Assembly: GCA_918797485.1 (NCBI GenBank)
Contig: CAKKNE010000004.1
Coordinates: 2,728,001 to 2,792,000, forward strand
Origin: Pelagomonas calceolata
Lineage: Eukaryota
Direction: 5' to 3'
Length of the DNA: 64,000 nucleotides
Position 1 is the stretch's first letter, and each line of letters begins with the position of its first letter. The notes under the pieces were generated by a model. That model made no database searches and was not told where the DNA came from. It saw only the letters and a list, made by a program, of their open reading frames with translations. The position numbers and the translations under genes are program-made. Of this stretch, positions 63,746 to 64,000 are shown in pieces.

Positions 63746-64000
63746 TTACTGCGCCGCGTCCTCGCCCGCGACGCCCCGACTCATGTCCACGGAGTAGATG
63801 CGCCTCTGATAAAGGTAGATGAGGAAGACGACGTCGTCGCGGAAGCAAGACACGCGGTGCATCACCGGCATCTTGATCACGAAGGCGAACAGGTCGTCAA
63901 TAAACGTGTTCACAAAGCGGAAGCAGAGGAGCCGCCACGGCAGGTGCGACACGCTCTTGAGGTGGTAGTTGAGCGCCAATTGCGGCGTCATGAGGATGAA
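63746..64000 (-). CDS. CLPTM1: CLPTM1-family membrane protein, 3' end only (continues beyond the window)
   Basis: MTPQLALNYHLKSVSHLPWR...NTFIDDLFAFVIKMP..HR...FRDDVVFLIYLYQR. Confidence 0.92.
   Translation of the reverse strand, partial: FILMTPQLALNYHLKSVSHLPWRLLCFRFVNTFIDDLFAFVIKMPVMHRVSCFRDDVVFLIYLYQRRIYSVDMSRGVAGEDAAQ

Noticed and set aside
1..64000. rRNA, tRNA, or an autonomous transposase/reverse transcriptase
   Set aside because: None recognisable by eye; any enzyme mobilising the introners must lie outside this window.

Overview
GC-rich, gene-dense eukaryotic nuclear DNA with few introns. It is most consistent with a pelagophyte alga (Pelagomonas/Aureococcus-like); this is inferred from gene content, intron style and introner elements. 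About 33 protein genes or gene remnants can be supported, including a CtpA-like S41 protease, DnaJ, HSF, a kinase, ELMO-PH, BAG, an inactive-looking CHAT protein with a CaaX box, DNAJC2, TIM17, IFT22, three glycosyltransferase-like genes, an ABCG transporter and CLPTM1. No rRNA, tRNA or CRISPR array was seen. Four things stand out. (1) A family of short introner DNA elements (TIR plus 8-bp TSD) whose inferred splicing rejoins split ORFs, seen from pristine to decayed, with their core motif also in ordinary-looking introns. (2) A 45-63.5 kb cluster of mosaic Cys-rich surface proteins that mix and match ectodomain modules; three of them share a cytoplasmic tail motif and a conserved 3' non-coding element. 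(3) A 150-bp MYND zinc-finger module 148/150 identical between the ABCG gene and a neighbouring membrane protein gene, with an intron in only one copy. (4) A MYND-RINGv-TPR gene interrupted by a 114-bp insertion with a 7-bp direct repeat. All splicing and domain calls were made by eye and need RNA-seq and HMM confirmation.
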